From positions 160,001 through 224,000 of the forward strand of contig CAVXTM010000016.1 in the NCBI GenBank assembly GCA_963764725.1: a stretch of DNA of 64,000 nucleotides, written 5' to 3'. Numbering within the stretch: the first letter of the stretch is position 1; the number at the start of each line of letters is the position of its first letter. This stretch comes from an uncultured Gammaproteobacteria bacterium. GTDB lineage: Bacteria > Pseudomonadota > Gammaproteobacteria > JACCXJ01. Shown here piece by piece: positions 58,876-64,000 of this stretch. Position numbers and translations under genes: made by a program. Below the pieces are notes generated by a model that saw nothing but the letters and a program-made list of their open reading frames with translations, was not told the DNA's origin and did no database searches.

Positions 58876-60336
58876 CTACTCGATATGCACCTCGACCTTG
58901 CCGGCTCTTACGGCCGCCTTCAAGGCCGCGTGGTCGCGCTCGGTCTGGTCGGCGTAAGCGAGGGCGAAATCTCCCATGGCTTCATCGAAGGGATTCTTTG
59001 TGCCGAGATAGCCGCTGATCGTCAGCGCATCTCCGCCCTTGGCATGGGCCCGTGCCAACGACCAGCCGCAAGCTTCGCCGTAAACGGACAAAGTGTTGGC
59101 GTCAAAGGTCTCCACCAAGGGCTTGATCTTTGCGTCCCGTAGCTGCCGCACGTATGCATGATGGCCCTTCCGGGTCATCCAGCCGAGGAAGATGTCCGTG
59201 AAGGGCTGCATCAGGCGTTGCCCCATCACTACTCGCTGGCCGTGGTGGCTGTAGGCGCTCTTCCCGGCATAGGGTTCCAACACGGAACTTCTGGCTTCTT
59301 TCCACTGCAAGAACAGCGGCTCATTCGAAGCGGACATCATCAATATGATGGCGCAGCGAGTTCCCACGCTGCCGATGCCCACCACCTTTATCGCCCCGTC
59401 CAGCACCCGATAGCGGTCGAGCAGGATGCGCCGATCTTCAGGCAAGGATTCCCGATAAATGGCATGGCTTTCCTCCAGCGAGGCTTGAAAATCCCTGGTT
59501 TTTGCCTCTTCAGGATGAAAGATCAGGGGCGGAGTGTCTCGGATGCGCATACGGCCACCAACCATCCCCGCCAACTGCGGATAAGCCAGCTCCGACCCGG
59601 GCTGCTCTTGGGCCTTGGCGATCCGCTTTCCGAAGCGGGCCCTGACTTGGGCATTCGGCGCCAGCCCGAGGATGTCCTTGGAGTCGATACGTGCGTACCA
59701 GACGTCGAGCGGGCTCATCTCCGAGTATTCGCGCATGTGCTCTCGATAGCTTTGCGCGCAGGAGACTGCTGCGTCGCGGCCGTCGGAATCGGACAAGCCA
59801 TTGCTCCGGGCGGCCAGCACGAACGAGGCTACAAGACGCTTGACGTCCCACTCCCAGGGCGCCGGAAGCGTCTCGTCGAAGTCATTGATATCGACAAGGA
59901 TATTGCGCTCCGGCGTGGCGAAGCCGCCGAAGTTCAGCAAATGGCAGTCGCCACAAGCCTGGACCCGAATTCCCGTCGCCGGCGTCTTGGCCAGGTCGGC
60001 AGCCATCACCGCGGCGGCACCGCGATAGAAGGTGAAGGGCGTCTGCAGCATCCGGCCATAGCGGATCGGCAGCAACTGGCTCAATCGGCCCGCGTCCGAG
60101 GCGTGCAGGATTGCGAGCGGGTCCGCCCGGCCTACCGGCCGCTTCCACGCGCCGTGCGCCTGCCGAAGGACCTTGCGGCGCAGGCTCTTGCCCGCAGCCA
60201 ATAGTTCGTCCGCCGAAAAAGTCTGGGGCGCCGGCTTACTTACATCAGCTGAAGGTGGCTCGGAACTGATGTCCTTTCTTTTGTTCATCGCAGCATGCCG
60301 ATTCTGTCGGTACTGTGTATTCTGCCGTTTATTCAT
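58876..60336 (-). CDS. DUF2252 family protein (start 60336 or 60288)
   Basis: RYGRM..PFTFYRG, CGDCHLLNFG, DINDFDE, KVVGIGSVG, YVRQLRD. Confidence 0.9.
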   Translation of the reverse strand: MNKRQNTQYRQNRHAAMNKRKDISSEPPSADVSKPAPQTFSADELLAAGKSLRRKVLRQAHGAWKRPVGRADPLAILHASDAGRLSQLLPIRYGRMLQTPFTFYRGAAAVMAADLAKTPATGIRVQACGDCHLLNFGGFATPERNILVDINDFDETLPAPWEWDVKRLVASFVLAARSNGLSDSDGRDAAVSCAQSYREHMREYSEMSPLDVWYARIDSKDILGLAPNAQVRARFGKRIAKAQEQPGSELAYPQLAGMVGGRMRIRDTPPLIFHPEEAKTRDFQASLEESHAIYRESLPEDRRILLDRYRVLDGAIKVVGIGSVGTRCAIILMMSASNEPLFLQWKEARSSVLEPYAGKSAYSHHGQRVVMGQRLMQPFTDIFLGWMTRKGHHAYVRQLRDAKIKPLVETFDANTLSVYGEACGWSLARAHAKGGDALTISGYLGTKNPFDEAMGDFALAYADQTERDHAALKAAVRAGKVEVHIE

Positions 60337-60908
60337 CGGCGAGCAACGTCGGATTGAGCACACCCCAGGATCCAGGCGCAGCTCCAGCAGCCCGTATTTT
60401 CGGGCATCAAAAAAGAGGTCGAAAATCCTGTGTGTCGGCCGTTCAGCCGACCTACCGGCCGCACGGTGCGGCTCAAGAACCTGATGAGTCCACGCCAGCT
60501 ACAGCGATCGCGACGGAAGCGTGTCGACAGTTCCGCCGGTCGCACCCCTCCTCCTCACCTGGTGTCGCTGGAGGAGCTCGTGAAGCGGCTGCTGGATGTG
60601 GTTTTCTGAAGACGGCCACTTGCCCACCATGGAGCAACCACCCTGATGATGCCCATTCCGCCTATCCGGCTGATGGAGTTGGTCGAGTCCGGCTACCGTG
60701 TCGGGATCGACAACCAGGATCGTCAGGTCCAGGGGGGTGTTCACGTTTCCTGGTCCTCATGACGCTGGCCGACACCGGTGATAAGGCGCCGCCTCCGCAA
60801 GTCACGATCCAGGCCAATTGAACGTTTGCACAACCGTATCAGCGGACTCACGCCGTGCCAGTTCGGCGGAACCGGATTGTGGCCTCGATCCCGCAGGGCT
60901 GGTCTAGG

Positions 60909-61190
60909 TCAACGCGACGACTTCTCGTTCTGCAGCGCCTTATCCGTAATCTGCTTGTAGAGGTCCATCATGCGCGCGACCAATTCCTGGTATTCGGGGT
61001 GTCGGGCCACGAGCGACCTGAGATTGTTGGTGTCAGCGAACACTTCGTTCAAAAACCCGAGATCAAAATCGTCCAGACACTCGCCTCGATTAACCTTGTC
61101 TTTTAGCGCGAGTGCCCTTGGGAGCCTCTGCGTTTCCAGTCTTTCCAGAAGTACTGTGATTAGACCCAGATCCTCTGATGATTCACTCAT
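60909..61190 (-). CDS. Small hypothetical protein
   Basis: LLERLETQRLPRAL.LK.KV.RGE.L.D.D..FL; RBS present. Confidence 0.7.
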   Translation of the reverse strand: MSESSEDLGLITVLLERLETQRLPRALALKDKVNRGECLDDFDLGFLNEVFADTNNLRSLVARHPEYQELVARMMDLYKQITDKALQNEKSSR

Positions 61191-61426
61191 GCCTTCTTCC
61201 TCTGGTGGCCGGCTGTGAAAGAGGTCTTGACGCCCTGCATTCAACTTAGCGGATGGCCGTTAGCCTACCCTGCTGAGTACCGGAATAGCACCCACCAGAA
61301 GGCCAATAATGATTAAATGCGCTTTCATTCTTGTTCTCCCATTTAATGGGTCCGAGGGCAAAAGATTGCCAGTTTTGGTTAATCATTGTACTTCATTGCG
61401 ATACGGCAACTGGGTTTAAAACCTCG

Positions 61427-62452
61427 TCAGAGCAACCGCGCCGCCTCATCGAGAAGCTCCCGCTGCGGGCGGAGCTGGTCGCGAGTGCATGTCACCAGGA
61501 GCAGCACAAAGCTCCGCCCGTCACGCAACGTCACCTCTGTCAAGGAAAGCTCTTGCGCCGGCTCCTTGGTTGGAGCAGTAACCAAAATATTCATGCGGTT
61601 GAGCCGCAGGGAAACCTCCTGCAGCGAGAGGTATTGTTCCGGGTGCCCGAGGACCTTATTGAGATGGGGCATGTAGTTATCGAGATTGGTGAGTGCGATG
61701 TGAAGCTTGCGAAAACGCGCCTCGACCTCCGCCAACTCCTTCTGGAGATCCTCTGTCTTTTGGTCCGCATCAGGCTCCGCCTCGACCAGTCCGTGGAGAC
61801 CTTGGCGCTGCCGAGCCATGAGCTTCAGCTTCAGACGCAGCACGGCGCGCTGCTCCTCCAGCCCTTTCTTGCGTTCAAGGGCTTTCGCCACCTGATCGAT
61901 GGCCTCTTCCACTAGGTGATGGAACGCCCGCCGTTCGATCGCAAGCCTAAGCTCGTCCAAGGTCGTTGCGGGCACGATTAGGCGATAATCGGTAAAGCTG
62001 ACGGTGGTCTGAACTACTTCGCTGTGGATCAGCTCGCCGACCAACTCCTTGCCAAAGATCCTACGCTCTTGCCGCTGCATGCCGAACAAAGCAAAGCACT
62101 CTGGGGAGGATTTTCCAGCGCCCTGCTCGAAGAATTCCCGCACCTCTACGCTGCGGTTGACCGTTGCAGGGAGTTCGTCGGCGCGCGCGAAAGCGGCATT
62201 AACCACTGGCTCTCTGCGCCAGGTTTCCGTGTCGAGGGCAAACGGGCCAGGGATCCGCGCGACGATATCACGGGCGTGCTTGAGGGCTGCTTCTACTCCG
62301 GGGCGCAGCTTTTTCTGATAGCCGCGGATGAGTCGGATCCTGGGATCGACAGCTTCGACAAGCTGCTCGATCGCCGCTTGGATGGCTGCCTCTTCAGCGC
62401 TGTCGGGGGAATCTTTCTTGTTTCCGCCAAAAAGTGAAGATAAGAAGCCCAT
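61427..62452 (-). CDS. Hypothetical protein with coiled-coil region
   Basis: 341-aa ORF with coding-like composition; VDPRIRL..GY.KKL; no family recognised. Confidence 0.7.
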   Translation of the reverse strand: MGFLSSLFGGNKKDSPDSAEEAAIQAAIEQLVEAVDPRIRLIRGYQKKLRPGVEAALKHARDIVARIPGPFALDTETWRREPVVNAAFARADELPATVNRSVEVREFFEQGAGKSSPECFALFGMQRQERRIFGKELVGELIHSEVVQTTVSFTDYRLIVPATTLDELRLAIERRAFHHLVEEAIDQVAKALERKKGLEEQRAVLRLKLKLMARQRQGLHGLVEAEPDADQKTEDLQKELAEVEARFRKLHIALTNLDNYMPHLNKVLGHPEQYLSLQEVSLRLNRMNILVTAPTKEPAQELSLTEVTLRDGRSFVLLLVTCTRDQLRPQRELLDEAARLL

Positions 62453-62558
62453 CGGGATTCTATAACCCGCCTAAACTGCTTATGACGACCTCGCACCCCG
62501 TTTTCATTAGTCCTGTGCCTATACCCAGCCTGGTGCCGCTGGCGGAGCCAAATGATGG

Positions 62559-62655
62559 GCCGTCATTCCGTACAAGGATTGTACGGAATCCAGACACAGG
62601 GACGTGATCACCTCTGTCATTGCGGCATCTGGATTCCGGCTTTCGCCGGAATGAC
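62559..62655. repeat. REP doublet (CGTCATTCCG...CGGAATCCAG / CTGGATTCCGGC...GCCGGAATGAC)
   Basis: Same GTCATTCC/GGAATCC grammar as the 123-bp arms. Confidence 0.8.
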
Positions 62656-62767
62656 AAACTGTACACACGGATCCGTCCATCAATAAAAGGTTGACTGACT
62701 ACTAGCGATCCTGTCTTTTAACGTCTATAGCGTTTCCCTGGTTGGCCGGCGGGGTATTCAGGACGTT

Positions 62768-63424
62768 TCATGCGGCCACAGGCATCTCCGGCACCCTGTC
62801 CGGAATAATCAGCTCAGCCTCGGTGTTCTTCACTACGTCCGCCACACTCACGCCGGGGGCGACCTCTTTAAGCAGGAGTCCTTGGTCCGTGGGTTCAATC
62901 ACAGCCAACTCGGTTACCACCAGATCGATGGGCCGGATAGACGTTAGTGGCAGAGTACATTCGCGTACGATCTTTGGTCTGCCTTTGGCGGTATGCTGCA
63001 TCGCCACGATAACGCGCTTGGCCCCGCTGACAAGGTCCATGGCGCCGCCCATACCCGGCACCATTTTCCCAGGGATCATCCAGTTGGCCAAGTGCCCCTT
63101 CTGGTCGACCTGCAATCCGCCGAGCACGGTGATATCGAGATGGCCGCCGCGGATGAGACCGAAGGACACGCAACTGTCGAATGAGGATGCACCGGGTAAC
63201 GCGGTCACCGGGCGGCCGCCCGCATCCGTGAGGGCTCGATGCGCCATGCCCTCCTCGGGGATGGGGCCTGTGCCAATAAGCCCGTTCTCGGATTGAAAGA
63301 ACACGTGCATGCCCTCGGGTACATAGTTCGCGACCGATGTCGGGATCCCGATGCCGAGGTTCACCAGCATCCCCGCTTGGAGTTCCTGCGCAATGCGCTT
63401 AGCGATGATCGTCTCTGCACTCAT
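62768..63424 (-). CDS. atoA: 3-oxoacid/acetate CoA-transferase beta subunit
   Basis: VNLGIGIPT, QSENG (catalytic Glu), GMGGAMDL. Confidence 0.85.
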   Translation of the reverse strand: MSAETIIAKRIAQELQAGMLVNLGIGIPTSVANYVPEGMHVFFQSENGLIGTGPIPEEGMAHRALTDAGGRPVTALPGASSFDSCVSFGLIRGGHLDITVLGGLQVDQKGHLANWMIPGKMVPGMGGAMDLVSGAKRVIVAMQHTAKGRPKIVRECTLPLTSIRPIDLVVTELAVIEPTDQGLLLKEVAPGVSVADVVKNTEAELIIPDRVPEMPVAA

Positions 63425-63429
63425 ATGTG

Positions 63430-64000
63430 TCACCCATGCTTAATGAGGTAATCGACCAGGGGTGCCTGCGTAATCACGTGATCGGGCGAGATCACGCCCA
63501 CCGGCACAATGTTTTCCGCGTTGACGATCACCGTGTCAGCCGCCATGGCCATCATCGGATTGAAGTTTCTCGCGGTAAGCGCGTAGTACAGGTTACCGAG
63601 GTAGTCGGCAACCATTGCGTGGATCAGGGCAAAATCGGCACGCAGCGGCAGCTCCAGAAGAAAGGTTTTGCCGTCGCTCTCGATCGTGCGCTTACCCTCT
63701 TCGGCCAGCGTCCCGACACCGGTCGGCGTCAGGATGCCGCCAAGACCATAGCCGCCGGCACGGATACGCTCCGCGAGCGTGCCCTGGGGCACCAGCTCCA
63801 CCTGGGTTTCGCCCGCGATCATCTGCTGCTGCGTTTCCGGGTTGAGGCCGATGTGGCTCACGATTGCTTTGCTCACGAGCTTGGCGCTGATGAGCTTGCC
63901 GATGCCGACCCCCGGCATCGCGGTGTCGTTACCAATAACCGTAAGGTCCCGCTTACCCTGCCTAATAAGCTCGTCCATCACCCGCTCCGGGGTACCCACA
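63430..64000 (-). CDS. atoD: 3-oxoacid/acetate CoA-transferase alpha subunit (5' end outside the window)
   Basis: PQGTLAERIRAGG.GLGG.LTPTGVGT, ARNFNP.MA.AA. Confidence 0.85.
   Translation of the reverse strand, partial: VGTPERVMDELIRQGKRDLTVIGNDTAMPGVGIGKLISAKLVSKAIVSHIGLNPETQQQMIAGETQVELVPQGTLAERIRAGGYGLGGILTPTGVGTLAEEGKRTIESDGKTFLLELPLRADFALIHAMVADYLGNLYYALTARNFNPMMAMAADTVIVNAENIVPVGVISPDHVITQAPLVDYLIKHG

Noticed and set aside
60640-60700. Plus-strand LMMPIPPIRLMELVESGY as another gene remnant
   Set aside because: Too short to assign without a database search.

Overview
High-GC bacterial DNA, probably a long-read or metagenomic consensus: many otherwise intact genes carry 1-bp indels, and there are a few degenerate short duplications. 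Almost the whole window is an accessory envelope/ion/sulfatase island. It holds three Cys-type arylsulfatases, a secreted HAD hydrolase, DUF1254, a PQQ dehydrogenase with cytochrome bd (cydAB), a DUF3604-PpiC-HupE/UreJ triad, four outer-membrane barrel proteins, ClC, SulP, a K+ channel, MarC, ppk2, two phospholipase D genes, an ABC exporter, DUF3302-HlyD-OMF, two DUF2092 + low-complexity/DUF6515-like pairs and three toxin-antitoxin loci, and ends in a CoA-transferase pair. I saw no rRNA, tRNA, CRISPR array, integrase or intact transposase. The most notable unexplained structures are: (1) two families of repeated sigma70-like promoters with conserved spacer motifs, family A (6 copies, sharing up to ~150 bp of flanking homology like a portable promoter) and family B (4 copies, in front of sulfatase-related units); (2) a DUF3616-like gene bracketed by near-perfect 123-bp REP-derived inverted repeats; (3) a DUF559 nuclease gene bracketed by inverted CCCTCTCCC-type palindromes; (4) a duplicated DUF2092 + repeat-protein module with swapped low-complexity cores; (5) about a dozen gene remnants at cassette junctions, suggesting repeated shuffling. 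Family names come from motif recognition, not database searches.
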